A stretch of 64,000 nt of DNA. Origin: Minisyncoccota bacterium. GTDB taxonomy: Bacteria > Patescibacteriota > Microgenomatia > UBA1400 > UBA12028. This document shows, piece by piece, positions 36,077 through 46,013 of the stretch. The stretch's first letter is position 1; every line of letters begins with the position of its first letter. The notes beneath the pieces are model-generated. The model saw only the letters and a program-made list of their open reading frames with translations. It searched no databases and was not told the DNA's origin. Made by a program: the position numbers and the translations under genes. The stretch spans positions 130,649-194,648 of the forward strand of contig JACRHV010000004.1 in the NCBI GenBank assembly GCA_016211945.1. The letters are read 5' to 3'.

Positions 36077-37186
36077 TTACTGTGTGACGTATAGTTTTAC
36101 CTCGGCAACGACAAACACGTCAAGATCACCATCCAACACCGCTTGCGTATCTGATGTCTCAACCTGTGTACGTACATCCTTCACAAGATGGTAAGGGTGA
36201 AGAACATAGTTGCGAATCTGGTTTCCCCACCCAGCAACTTTATAGTCACCTTTTACCTTCGCTATTTCATCGTGGCGTTTCTGTTCTTCACGCTCAGCAA
36301 GTTGAGATTTCAGGAGTGTGAGGGCAATTTTTCTGTTCTGTTCCTGATGCCGCTCTTGTCTTACTTCAATGGTAATACCCGTTGGGATGTGTTTGAGTTG
36401 TACCGCTGTATTTACTTTATTCACATTTTGACCACCATGTCCGCCGGCACGACTAAAAGCCCACTCTATATCATCAGGATTTACCTCTATGTCATCTTGT
36501 GTTTCATCGATCAACGGAAGCACCTCAACTCCGGCAAAGGAAGTTTGGCGTAAACTGTCCGCGTTAAATGGACTGAGACGCACAAGTCGATGCGTTCCCG
36601 CCTCTCCTTTAAGATGTCCGTAGGCGTAGGGGGCGTGAACTAAGTATGTACATGATTTAATCCCCGCTTCCTCACCGCGAGACTCGTCGATAAGTTGAAA
36701 TTTCCACCCATGTCGCTCAAAATACCTCGTGTACATGCGCTGAAGCATGCTCGCCCAGTCCATTGCTTCTGTTCCTCCTTGCCCAGAATGTATAGATAGG
36801 ATTGCTGGGAAACGGTCGTACTTCCCGGAAAAATATATTTGCATCTCAATGATGTCGATCTGCTTTTGATATGTTTTTACCATAGATCTCAACTCGTGCA
36901 GCATTCCATCATCGGAAGATTCTCCAATTAACTGGATCATTGCACGCACATCTTCCATGCTTTTTTTGAGTTGATCAAATAACGCGCTCTCGTCCTTCAT
37001 TTGTGAAAGTTCCTGCGCAATAGCTTTCGCGTGTTCTGGATCACTCCAAAATGATGGCTGCGCAGACTCTGCCTCAAGCTCATTTATGCGGTGTTGTTTT
37101 TGCTCACCACGAACTCTGGAAAGCACGTCTTGGGCTTTTGTGTGAAGGTTGTCGATGTCTTGAAGAAGTTGCTGGTCAATATCCAT
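36077..37186 (-). CDS. prfB: Peptide chain release factor 2
   Basis: 369 aa. The 'SPF' tripeptide ('[20 protein letters not shown]') and GGQ ('[14 protein letters not shown]'). A continuous ORF with no +1 frameshift site. Confidence 0.9.
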   Translation of the reverse strand: MDIDQQLLQDIDNLHTKAQDVLSRVRGEQKQHRINELEAESAQPSFWSDPEHAKAIAQELSQMKDESALFDQLKKSMEDVRAMIQLIGESSDDGMLHELRSMVKTYQKQIDIIEMQIYFSGKYDRFPAILSIHSGQGGTEAMDWASMLQRMYTRYFERHGWKFQLIDESRGEEAGIKSCTYLVHAPYAYGHLKGEAGTHRLVRLSPFNADSLRQTSFAGVEVLPLIDETQDDIEVNPDDIEWAFSRAGGHGGQNVNKVNTAVQLKHIPTGITIEVRQERHQEQNRKIALTLLKSQLAEREEQKRHDEIAKVKGDYKVAGWGNQIRNYVLHPYHLVKDVRTQVETSDTQAVLDGDLDVFVVAEVKLYVTQ

Positions 37187-37206
37187 GGCGCTATTCTAGC
37201 ATGGCT

Positions 37207-38469
37207 CTAGGTGCGCTCGGCCACCTCCGCTAATTCATTGTGTGGTATTTTTAACTTTTTTGGAGTAATAACGAGAAGGATACAGCTCAGGATAACAGTC
37301 ACACCCCCAAGGAGAGAGAAAACATTTGAATATCCGACAACATCAGAAATAATTCCGATAAGAATGGGCATAAAAATGTATGCCAATGAACTGTTCGCCT
37401 TTTCCAGTCCCAAGAGGTCCTGTTTGTAGTTATCTGAACGCAGTAATAAATCACTGTACACCGCCTCGTTTAGTGGACCACTGAATGACAGTGCGAGCGC
37501 GGAAACAAAAATGAGGATTCCGGTCAACAAGAGTGAGTGTGTTGTCCACGCTAGTGGTAACAACGCGATTCCTGCACACAAAAGCCCTATTTGTGAGATT
37601 CTTTTTTTATGCTCAACAATTGGAAGTTTTGTCAGTAACAGTGACCCTAACAACAAGGGGGCGCTGTAGAGTACTGTTGGTAGCCAGTCAAACCCTTCTC
37701 CCATTACAGATTGACCGAAAAGACCTCCGAGTGTCCAAAATGTTGCTTCTATCGACTCGAGCCAAATCCCCATAATAATCGCTGGCATGATGTGGGGAAC
37801 AAAAATCTTCCAATACCGCAACTCTGTAATGAATTTCATTGAACGTCGAATACCACTTTCTCTCTGCGGTACATGTGCATTTTTTATTCCAATGAGTAAT
37901 GGGAGAGAGAAGAGAAAAGCAAGGATCGAAAATCCCAGCACCATACTTGTCATCTGAAATAACGACAAATCGAGAAAAATAGAACCTAAAATCGGCCCTA
38001 CAATTCCCGTTCCCTGCATCACCGCAAAAAGTACACCCCAAACTTTTGCGAATGATTTCTTTTCTTCCTCAACAATCGTAAAATTTTGTTCAGCAAAGGA
38101 AAGAAGTTCATAGTACACACCCCATACGATACTTGCGATAAGGAAAAATATCCCCTGATGAAAATGAAGTCCTAACGCAATGAGCAATGGGAAAAATGCA
38201 GAAAGTACGATGCCCAGAATAACCTGCATTTGCCATGAAACTTTTTGGAGAAGCGAAGGAAATAACACATCACAAAGAATTCCTGCTACAGATGAAGATG
38301 CCATAACAAGTCCCAGCGCAAAGTTAGAACCCAATACGTTTTCCGTAACGATCGGAAAGATATACGACGAGGATCCATCAGCCAAAAAGGCAAAGAACAT
38401 GGGGACAGAAAAGAAAACGAGCGGATTCATCCATTGACGCTTTTCATGTCCCAAAAAAGGGATTCGCAT
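37207..38469 (-). CDS. MFS-type transporter
   Basis: About 12 TM helices in a two 6-TM half arrangement. The start is taken at the internal ATG (38467-38469) to avoid overlap with the upstream small ORF. The long ORF would start at 38538. Confidence 0.6.
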   Translation of the reverse strand: MRIPFLGHEKRQWMNPLVFFSVPMFFAFLADGSSSYIFPIVTENVLGSNFALGLVMASSSVAGILCDVLFPSLLQKVSWQMQVILGIVLSAFFPLLIALGLHFHQGIFFLIASIVWGVYYELLSFAEQNFTIVEEEKKSFAKVWGVLFAVMQGTGIVGPILGSIFLDLSLFQMTSMVLGFSILAFLFSLPLLIGIKNAHVPQRESGIRRSMKFITELRYWKIFVPHIMPAIIMGIWLESIEATFWTLGGLFGQSVMGEGFDWLPTVLYSAPLLLGSLLLTKLPIVEHKKRISQIGLLCAGIALLPLAWTTHSLLLTGILIFVSALALSFSGPLNEAVYSDLLLRSDNYKQDLLGLEKANSSLAYIFMPILIGIISDVVGYSNVFSLLGGVTVILSCILLVITPKKLKIPHNELAEVAERT

Positions 38470-38470
38470 C

Positions 38471-38893
38471 TCAATTTTTATCCTTCTCGGAGTATTCTTG
38501 TACAACTTGTTTGCAATATTCGTATCGCGCTTGATCAAACACTTTTTGCGGGATTGACGCTGCCTCTTGCTTTACTGTTTCTACCGCCTTGTTTACGTCA
38601 ATAGTTCCGCGCTCATTGGACTCAAGCGAAACGTTTGATGACTGTACAATGGTTGTCACCCGCTCTATGACGGGATTGATCCGTTTTCCAACCGTATCGG
38701 ATGTTTTTTCAATGATTTCTTGTGCCGTCCCCAAAATCTCACCGGATTGACTCGAGATCGTGTTGCTTTTTTCAGTTGATGTATTCCGAAATTTCTCTAG
38801 TACTTCAGGGTGTTGTTTAACATACAATCCGCCACCAACAACACCGCCTGTAACAACCACCGTCGATAAGAACAACAAAAGCGTGCGTCCCAT
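38471..38893 (-). CDS. Hypothetical small membrane-anchored protein
   Basis: 140 aa. An N-terminal TM (LLLFLSTVVVTGGVVGGGLYV) then a hydrophilic Ser/Thr/Glu-rich tail. Confidence 0.4.
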   Translation of the reverse strand: MGRTLLLFLSTVVVTGGVVGGGLYVKQHPEVLEKFRNTSTEKSNTISSQSGEILGTAQEIIEKTSDTVGKRINPVIERVTTIVQSSNVSLESNERGTIDVNKAVETVKQEAASIPQKVFDQARYEYCKQVVQEYSEKDKN

Positions 38894-38913
38894 GTTCTAA
38901 GCATACTTCGCTG

Positions 38914-40125
38914 TTATTCTGAGCGCAACGCCTCTATTGGAGACAGCTGGCTTGCTCGCCGAGCCGGGGCAACGCCAAAGACAATACCAATTGTTGCGGA
39001 AACTCCAAAGGCTAGTACTATTGAAAACATTGTGACAACCGCCGGAAAAAATTGATTGATAACAAGTGCGAGAAGAAAAGCTAGGGCTACACCAATTGCG
39101 CCACCAAACACAGAAAGAAGACTTGATTCTATAAGGAACTGTAAAAGGATAATTCCGGGAGTCGCACCCAACGCTTTTCTTAACCCTATTTCACGCGTTC
39201 TCTCTGTTACAGAAACCAACATAATGTTCATGATCCCTATTCCGCCCACCACCAATGAAATCGCTGCTATCCCTCCCAAACCTAGCGTGAGAACACCTAA
39301 CACTTGATTGATGACCTTCAGTATCTCTGTCGTCTCGAACACGGAAAACTCATCACTTTTGAGTCTTTTCCCCAATTGTTTTTTTATCTGCACAATATTT
39401 TCCTGAATACCTTCTTTATCCTCTGCCTGCACCACGATTTGACTCACTTTTTGATCGTTAAAGATATCAATATATGTTTTAAATGGAATGTATGCATAAT
39501 CATCAAACTGTGGACCGCCAAAACCGCCACCTTTTTTCTCTGCTACACCAAGAACCTTAAAGGCCTGTCCGTTTATTCTTACTGTTTTTCCAATAGGATC
39601 AATATTGCTAAACAAGTCTTTGGCAAGCAGACTTCCTAATACCGTAACCCTCTTTCCACCATCATTGTCAGATGATGAAAAAAACGACCCTTTCTCTGCT
39701 TTTGTGTTCCTCACTTTTTCATACTCTGGCATGGTGCCGATGATGGAACGTTTTTTTGTTGTAGACTGATAACTGATGTCACTGTTCCCCAACACCATTG
39801 GAATTGCGGCACGTATTCCTGATATTTTGCTTATTTCCTTTACGTCGGTATACCGAAGTTTGTTGTTTGAAATTGCAGAAAATTGACTCTCCCTGCTCCC
39901 AAATCCACCGGAGGATGAAAACACCTCACCGGGAACGATAGAGATTGTATTTGCTCCTAAAGAATCAAATTGGCCGGTGATATACACTTGCAGTCCATTT
40001 CCAATTGCCATCAAAAGAATGACTGCTCCAACTCCGATAATCACGCCCAACATTGTTAAAAGAGATCGGGACTTGTTCGTAAAAATCGCTTGTATTGCGA
40101 TACGTATTGTATTTTCTATATTCAT
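38914..40125 (-). CDS. ABC transporter permease, MacB/FtsX-like family
   Basis: 403 aa. TM1, a large periplasmic domain, then 3 C-terminal TM helices with a 'REIGLRKALGA' motif. Confidence 0.8.
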   Translation of the reverse strand: MNIENTIRIAIQAIFTNKSRSLLTMLGVIIGVGAVILLMAIGNGLQVYITGQFDSLGANTISIVPGEVFSSSGGFGSRESQFSAISNNKLRYTDVKEISKISGIRAAIPMVLGNSDISYQSTTKKRSIIGTMPEYEKVRNTKAEKGSFFSSSDNDGGKRVTVLGSLLAKDLFSNIDPIGKTVRINGQAFKVLGVAEKKGGGFGGPQFDDYAYIPFKTYIDIFNDQKVSQIVVQAEDKEGIQENIVQIKKQLGKRLKSDEFSVFETTEILKVINQVLGVLTLGLGGIAAISLVVGGIGIMNIMLVSVTERTREIGLRKALGATPGIILLQFLIESSLLSVFGGAIGVALAFLLALVINQFFPAVVTMFSIVLAFGVSATIGIVFGVAPARRASQLSPIEALRSE

Positions 40126-40814
40126 ACTTTTTTCTTCCGATCCTTGGAGTCAGAAATGATGTGTCCATCCCGCATGACAATACGACGTTTGGCATGATGA
40201 GCTATATCTGCTTCATGCGTAACCAAGATAATCGTTTTCCCCTTTTTATGAAGAACATCAAGCATGTCCATGATTTCTTCGCCGCTTTTGGAGTCCAAGT
40301 TTCCCGTTGGCTCATCAGCAAACACAATGGACGGATTATTGATAAGCGCTCTGGCAATTGCGACCCGTTGCTGCTGTCCGCCAGATAGTTGTGCGCGGGT
40401 ATTTTTTAATCGGTCTCCGAGTCCAACTTCACGCAACATATCTTCTGCACGTGCTGTGCGTTCTTGAGCAGGAACATTTGCATATACCAAAGGCAGTGCA
40501 ACATTTTCTATGGCGGACGTTTTTGGGAGAAGATTAAACTGCTGAAACACAAATCCAATTTCACGATTTCTCAATCCCGCCATCTCATTTTCACTGTAAT
40601 TTTCCACCTTTTTTCCTCGAAGTAGAATGCTTCCCGTTGTTGGCTTGTCAAGAAAAGAGGCGATTTGAAGAAGTGTCGATTTACCAGAACCAGAATGTCC
40701 CATCACCGCCACATACTCGCCTTCATCAACGGAAATACTCACTTGATCCAAGGCGCGAATAATGGTGTCGCCAACAGTGTAGTGTTTAGAAATATTTTCG
40801 AGTACAAGGAGCAT
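40122..40814 (-). CDS. ABC transporter ATP-binding protein (MacB/LolD-type)
   Basis: Walker A 'GHSGSGKST', signature 'LSGGQQQRVAIARAL', Walker B 'VFADEPTGNLD'. A 4-nt overlap with the permease gene. Confidence 0.85.
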   Translation of the reverse strand: MLLVLENISKHYTVGDTIIRALDQVSISVDEGEYVAVMGHSGSGKSTLLQIASFLDKPTTGSILLRGKKVENYSENEMAGLRNREIGFVFQQFNLLPKTSAIENVALPLVYANVPAQERTARAEDMLREVGLGDRLKNTRAQLSGGQQQRVAIARALINNPSIVFADEPTGNLDSKSGEEIMDMLDVLHKKGKTIILVTHEADIAHHAKRRIVMRDGHIISDSKDRKKKV

Positions 40815-40825
40815 AAACCGAGTTC

Positions 40826-41839
40826 CTACCGGACAAGAATACTGTCAGATTCGCGTATTCCGTCTACTATTTCTGCATAGTCATCATTTTCCAATCCTAC
40901 GACAACCATTCTTTGTTCCGTTGTCTTTTCTCCGGTTTTTACGGTTACGTACATCTTGCCGTCTCGTTCGACAAGAGACTGCATCGGCACGCTGAGAACA
41001 TGATCTTTTTTATCGATGAGAAGTTTGACGTTCCCGTTCATTCCTAATCGATATGGTCGAGTTCCACCAGAAAACGGGAGGGAAAACTGAACAGGAAAGA
41101 CTGTTCCTGTACTTGTCTCACTACTCTTGTATGCGATACGATAAACGGCCGTCTCTATAGGATCCTGTGCGTATGCATCTAGCTTTACCACTGCCTTTTG
41201 ACCTTCATGAACAAGGCCTATATCAGATTCGTCCACCTCGGCTGAAAATATCATTGTATTTGGATTAACGACCGTAAATGTATCTGTGGCCGAGAGAATT
41301 GTTCCCACAACTTCTGTTGGAGCTGAAACCAGGACCCCGTCAAAGGGGGCATACAGCGAGGCGTTCTTCATCGCAAGATCCTTCAGTTCTACCGTAAGCA
41401 CGGTGTTGTTCAATGTAAATTGATCTTGATCGTTTGCCCTATCAGTCGCCTTATTTCCGTGTGTGTCTTTTCTATTTTCTTTGTTCTGATCGTTTGTCCA
41501 CCGTTGAATTGCATAACTATTTAATTCTTTCTCAAGATTTTTTTGGAGTTCGCGTTTATCGATTGATGCCAAGGTTTGCCATTTCTTCACGGCGTCGCCT
41601 TCTTTCGCTCCGAGATATACGAGTTTTCCTCCGGCAAGGAAACGAAGCGCTGCTTTTTCTCTCGCGTCAACATTCCCTGACACTTCAAGCACTTTTTCTA
41701 GTGTTCTGTATTCCGGGTGTGTGAAAACAGGCATCACATTTTTCTTTATTCCAAACCGAGCATAGATTACTCCTGCCACAACGAGAATAAGAGCGACAAC
41801 ACCAACACCACGCATATGTGTACGTAAGAATTTCATCAT
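40826..41839 (-). CDS. Efflux periplasmic adaptor (HlyD/MacA family)
   Basis: 337 aa. N-terminal TM anchor, a coiled-coil hairpin, and beta-barrel-like C-terminal segments. It sits upstream of the MacB-like ATPase and permease. Confidence 0.7.
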   Translation of the reverse strand: MMKFLRTHMRGVGVVALILVVAGVIYARFGIKKNVMPVFTHPEYRTLEKVLEVSGNVDAREKAALRFLAGGKLVYLGAKEGDAVKKWQTLASIDKRELQKNLEKELNSYAIQRWTNDQNKENRKDTHGNKATDRANDQDQFTLNNTVLTVELKDLAMKNASLYAPFDGVLVSAPTEVVGTILSATDTFTVVNPNTMIFSAEVDESDIGLVHEGQKAVVKLDAYAQDPIETAVYRIAYKSSETSTGTVFPVQFSLPFSGGTRPYRLGMNGNVKLLIDKKDHVLSVPMQSLVERDGKMYVTVKTGEKTTEQRMVVVGLENDDYAEIVDGIRESDSILVR

Positions 41840-41851
41840 ACGAAGTATAAG

Positions 41852-43444
41852 CTACTCTTTCTTTGTAGTAAATGTGAGTAATGTATCCTGTGCAACTTTC
41901 ATATGTTTTTCTATACCATCTTGAAGGCGACGCACATTTGTGTCGGATTCGTTCAATACAATGCGCACAGAATCCGGAACATGTAGGCGTATTGTATAGT
42001 CACTTGGGAGAACGCCAGATTGTTTTTGTATAAAAAGTTGGTACGTATTTTTTTGCGCGTCCATCACCCAATCTCCTAATGAAAACGTGTATGTGATGTC
42101 TCGCTGTTCTCCACCATCAATAGTAAGCAACGATGAATATACGCGAAGTCCCTGATGTTTTTCCTTCTCTTCTTCCACAGCTATTTCTTTGTTAAGGTTG
42201 TCGGACGCTCGGAAGACGGTATTTTTCTCGTCAGTATAGATGCGAAGATAATTTTTATATCCACCTCCATAGTATTTGGGCGGTTGGGGAGTACTCGGAT
42301 TATGATTGGTGTACCGCAATATGAGAGAAGCAGTAGCTGTCTTGTCTTGATTCAACCAAACATCGTAGTCAACTGTTCTATCAATACAACAATTCGCTTT
42401 ATTGATCCCCACATTGGCCTCAACAAGATAGAGATAGTCGGAAAGGCATGACGTCAACAGACACATCCTTTTCCGAACAGAACCATCCCAACCGAATACC
42501 TCAACATTTCGTTGTTGGTCCAGGTCACGCATCCACAATTGGATATCTCTTGACTGAAAACCCGATAGGATCGTCTTGAACATACGTACCTGTTTTTCTC
42601 TTGGAAAGCGCTCAAGACTCCTCAAAAAAGATCGGAATATCGCATCTAAAACGTCTTTTTTCTTTGACGATCCCGGGAAAAAGTCTTGTTCAACCTCACT
42701 TTGTATAAAGCTATAGATCGTGTCTGCTGACACCACCTTGTCGTAGTCTGGTACATATACATCTCCAGTCTCTTTCAATAGTTCGCGAATTGTTGACAAC
42801 GTGACTGCACCAACACCGTCAAGTTGAGGATATCCACCCCTCTCAAAAAACCACGCTATCTGTTGTGCAGATGAAGGAAAATCCGGGTCCCAATTGGCAT
42901 CGCGTAACCTCCACCCTCCTTCTTGAAAGAGAAATTTTGCAATTGGTTTTGGAGGTTCAACATATCCTTTCAACTGGCCATCTGGAGTATAAATGTCTTC
43001 TATATGTATATCTTGGACGTGTCCATCCCTCGTTGTGATTGAAAGATACGAGCCAATAAATCCTCCCGTTGGTCGTAGTTCTGTGTTATTTTGGAGTAAC
43101 ACAATATAGTGCCTTTCATCATAAAGTCCCAATATATTTGGCAAAAAGGGGAGCCATGACTGAATAATCTTTGCTCCTTCAGACAACTCAGCTGTGTATG
43201 GAATTTTCCATGGCAACTGACGACTTACCTTGATATAACTATCGAATGTTTGTTTACAAAGAGAAAAACGATAGTGTGTGTACTCGAACTCGGCTTGTGT
43301 TAGAGGAATAGTAGGATTCTGTACATGGTGAACAAACGTTTTTCCATCTTGTACACAAGTACGAATAAAAATATATGTCTTAAGACTAAGAAGACCCATC
43401 ACAATAAAAACAACTATCCCGACGACGACAAAGAATCGATTCAT
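41852..43444 (-). CDS. DUF4012 domain membrane-anchored extracytoplasmic protein
   Basis: 530 aa. N-terminal TM. 'LLQNNTELRPTGGFIGSY' is the characteristic DUF4012 core motif. Confidence 0.6.
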   Translation of the reverse strand: MNRFFVVVGIVVFIVMGLLSLKTYIFIRTCVQDGKTFVHHVQNPTIPLTQAEFEYTHYRFSLCKQTFDSYIKVSRQLPWKIPYTAELSEGAKIIQSWLPFLPNILGLYDERHYIVLLQNNTELRPTGGFIGSYLSITTRDGHVQDIHIEDIYTPDGQLKGYVEPPKPIAKFLFQEGGWRLRDANWDPDFPSSAQQIAWFFERGGYPQLDGVGAVTLSTIRELLKETGDVYVPDYDKVVSADTIYSFIQSEVEQDFFPGSSKKKDVLDAIFRSFLRSLERFPREKQVRMFKTILSGFQSRDIQLWMRDLDQQRNVEVFGWDGSVRKRMCLLTSCLSDYLYLVEANVGINKANCCIDRTVDYDVWLNQDKTATASLILRYTNHNPSTPQPPKYYGGGYKNYLRIYTDEKNTVFRASDNLNKEIAVEEEKEKHQGLRVYSSLLTIDGGEQRDITYTFSLGDWVMDAQKNTYQLFIQKQSGVLPSDYTIRLHVPDSVRIVLNESDTNVRRLQDGIEKHMKVAQDTLLTFTTKKE

Positions 43445-43977
43445 TCCTTTAGTATACTCACCCCGAGAATTTTATCTCCAACAGCGATCTTTGCGGCAAC
43501 ATCCGTACCCTCAAGTACCTTTCCAAAATTTGTGTACTGTCCGGTCAACCAATTACAGTCTTGTGTACACACGAAAAATTGACTATCGTTGCTCACCGTA
43601 ATATCACCACCGCGTGCAACACCTAGACTTCCGAGTACAAATGGTCTTTTACTCAATTCCGTAGGCATCGTTCCACCACCAGTCCCATTACCCTTTGGAT
43701 CGCCACCTTGAATAACCCATGTCTCTACACGGTGAAACGTGAGATTCTTATAAAAATCCGTTTGTGCCTTTTGAATAAAATTCTCTACTGTTTTTGGTGT
43801 TTCTTCAGGATATAACTCCACCGTCATATTTCCCTTTGATGTTTGTATCACTGCCTTATTCATGATTCCTCCAGTTTGTACTTGTTTTACTTCACTTTTT
43901 TGTTGAGAAAAGAAAGATGCGATACCAACCGTGGCGATAATGAAGAGAAACAAGATGACGATTACTGTTTTTTTCAT
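43441..43977 (-). CDS. Peptidyl-prolyl cis-trans isomerase, cyclophilin type (secreted/anchored)
   Basis: 178 aa. Signal-anchor then a cyclophilin core: 'FHRVETWVIQGGDPKGNGTGG' and '...FVLGSLGVARGGD...'. Confidence 0.85.
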   Translation of the reverse strand: MKKTVIVILFLFIIATVGIASFFSQQKSEVKQVQTGGIMNKAVIQTSKGNMTVELYPEETPKTVENFIQKAQTDFYKNLTFHRVETWVIQGGDPKGNGTGGGTMPTELSKRPFVLGSLGVARGGDITVSNDSQFFVCTQDCNWLTGQYTNFGKVLEGTDVAAKIAVGDKILGVSILKE

Positions 43978-45386
43978 AGTCGCTCAATTGTATACAATGT
44001 GATGCGTCGAAGGAAGATGGCTGGTGTGTCTTCTACAAGATATTGTTGAAAATCCTGATATATCGATTTTCTTTCCTTTTTATCTATAGTTTTTCTGCCA
44101 TCTTCAAGAAGCTTATCGACGTGTGGATTTCTATATCCCGTAAAGTTTGTTTGCTGCGTCGAATGCCAAATTGAGTATTGATCCGGATCCGGCAGGACTT
44201 GCTGAGCGATAAGCAACACTTGAAAATGTGAAAGGTTTGGTGCGTTGGTAATGTGTAGTTGGACTTGCATCGCAAGATTTTTACAATCTGATTTTTGCAG
44301 CACATCTTTACTCTGTTCACAGGCGACGACTGCTTTCTTCCCCAAGCTTTCCCATGCGTCTCGAACGTGTTCTGCGTCTTGTTGAAAGTTTGCTACCGTC
44401 GTCATCTCAATAGTGAAACGTTGTTTTGGAACGGATCGCAGGAGAAGCGACACCGCCTTATCTTTATCCCGCGCATACTCCTTTACTGTCTTGTTATATG
44501 CCCATGACCGCGTATTGAGTGGCGTTGCCGCGCGTTCATCGCCAGCCGGTTTTTCAAGAGCATAATTTAATGCCTGACGAATATTTTTATCAAACGTAGG
44601 ATCAGACATGTTGAAAAAAATGGCAAGATACTGGTCTTTTCTTAACTCAGAAGTGATTGATGTCCTCTTCCATTCTTGAAGCCCATCTGTCCCGCTCATC
44701 TGCTCTAATACGTCAACTTCTCCGCGTTTGTACGCCAAAAAAGCTCGTGATTCTGTTGGGTAAAACCTATAGACCAAACGCTCATCGGGAGACTCAAGTT
44801 CTAACTCTGTCATACGAACACCTTCTTGCGTCACGTGTATGATGCGATGAGTTCCTGTACCAATAATCTTCTTCTGTGTAAAAAAGAACCATGCGCGCGT
44901 TTTTTGCTCGCGAAACAAAGGTTGAGACACTACAATGGGGAATGGAGCATATGAATCTTTTAATTTGAAGATTATTTCATTTGTTGTGGTAAGTATCTGT
45001 GTATCAATAAAGTTGTAGCTGATGTCTTGTGGAATAACGTCCTTTCCATCCTGCCACTTCACGTTTTTCTTCAACACAAATCGGTAGGTTTTGCCATCGT
45101 CCTCCACAGCCCATCGTTCGGCTAAACTTGGCAGTGGCGTTCCAGTCTCATCAACGGCCGTTAATCCATCACTAATTTTTTCTTGAATATCACGTGGTAA
45201 TGTCGCAAGTGTTGTGTATCCAACCCGACCAATGTATCGAGTTTTTTTTAATTGGGAAAGAACGAGAATAACTCGATAAAATGCGCTAAAGAGTAATACT
45301 CCAACCAATATTGCGCCCAACATTAACATTCCGTGCTTTTGGAGATATGCGGTGCAATACCAGTACGCTTTTCGTAGAATCTTCAT
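43974..45386 (-). CDS. ABC transporter substrate-binding protein, family 5 (OppA/DppA-like)
   Basis: 470 aa. N-terminal TM anchor then an SBP_bac_5-like 'LPSLAERWAVEDDGKTYRFVLKKNVKWQDGKDV...' region. Confidence 0.7.
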   Translation of the reverse strand: MKILRKAYWYCTAYLQKHGMLMLGAILVGVLLFSAFYRVILVLSQLKKTRYIGRVGYTTLATLPRDIQEKISDGLTAVDETGTPLPSLAERWAVEDDGKTYRFVLKKNVKWQDGKDVIPQDISYNFIDTQILTTTNEIIFKLKDSYAPFPIVVSQPLFREQKTRAWFFFTQKKIIGTGTHRIIHVTQEGVRMTELELESPDERLVYRFYPTESRAFLAYKRGEVDVLEQMSGTDGLQEWKRTSITSELRKDQYLAIFFNMSDPTFDKNIRQALNYALEKPAGDERAATPLNTRSWAYNKTVKEYARDKDKAVSLLLRSVPKQRFTIEMTTVANFQQDAEHVRDAWESLGKKAVVACEQSKDVLQKSDCKNLAMQVQLHITNAPNLSHFQVLLIAQQVLPDPDQYSIWHSTQQTNFTGYRNPHVDKLLEDGRKTIDKKERKSIYQDFQQYLVEDTPAIFLRRITLYTIERL

Positions 45387-45604
45387 TGTGAAACCACAAC
45401 ATTGAGAATACTCAATACAATAAAGAACACAATACCAATTATCGTTATCCCAAAAAGGATTTTTTCAATACCTCTCCTCGTATGGTAATGTTCGCCCCCA
45501 CCACCCCAAATCGGCGACATCCCAGTCCCCTGTGACTGCAAAAGGATAGACCCTATAAGAACAAGTGAAACAATAATTTGCGCAATAAGTAAAACTTTAT
45601 TCAT
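45383..45604 (-). CDS. secG: Preprotein translocase subunit SecG
   Basis: 73 aa, two TM helices. 'LLQSQGTGMSPIWGGGGEHYHTRRG' matches the SecG 'LLQ.GKG.G....FGGG' loop. Confidence 0.6.
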   Translation of the reverse strand: MNKVLLIAQIIVSLVLIGSILLQSQGTGMSPIWGGGGEHYHTRRGIEKILFGITIIGIVFFIVLSILNVVVSQ

Positions 45605-45613
45605 AGATCTCCT

Positions 45614-46009
45614 TTATAACACCCAAGATAGTATACCGTTCCCAAACGAAACGAGCAGAGAAACAAAAAAGTACGACCAAAAAACAGAAAGTGTGAGCGC
45701 TGGAAAGAGAAATGGTCCAAGAATTATTGTTGGGACCGTAATAGATCCAATAGAAAATCCCGGTACAAGCAATGTTGCAAGATAGAACACGATGATGTTA
45801 ATCATCCATGCAAAAAGACCAAATGTGATGATGTTGATGGGTAAGAGAACAATCTTGAGTACCGGTCTTCCGATGTACATAAGGAGTGTGAGAACAATAC
45901 CTGTCGTCACCAGTACCTGCAAACTTGCAAAATGGACTGCTGGAAACATCCGAGAGACTGCGTAGAGTGACAGTGTGGTGAAAATCATTGATTTTATAAA
46001 AGATTTCAT
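45614..46009 (-). CDS. Phage_holin_4_2 (PF04020/YvlD-like) 4-TM membrane protein
   Basis: 131 aa. 'RPVLKIVLLPINIITFGLFAWMINIIVFYLATLLVPGFSI' matches the PF04020 core. Confidence 0.6.
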   Translation of the reverse strand: MKSFIKSMIFTTLSLYAVSRMFPAVHFASLQVLVTTGIVLTLLMYIGRPVLKIVLLPINIITFGLFAWMINIIVFYLATLLVPGFSIGSITVPTIILGPFLFPALTLSVFWSYFFVSLLVSFGNGILSWVL

Positions 46010-46013
46010 ATGG

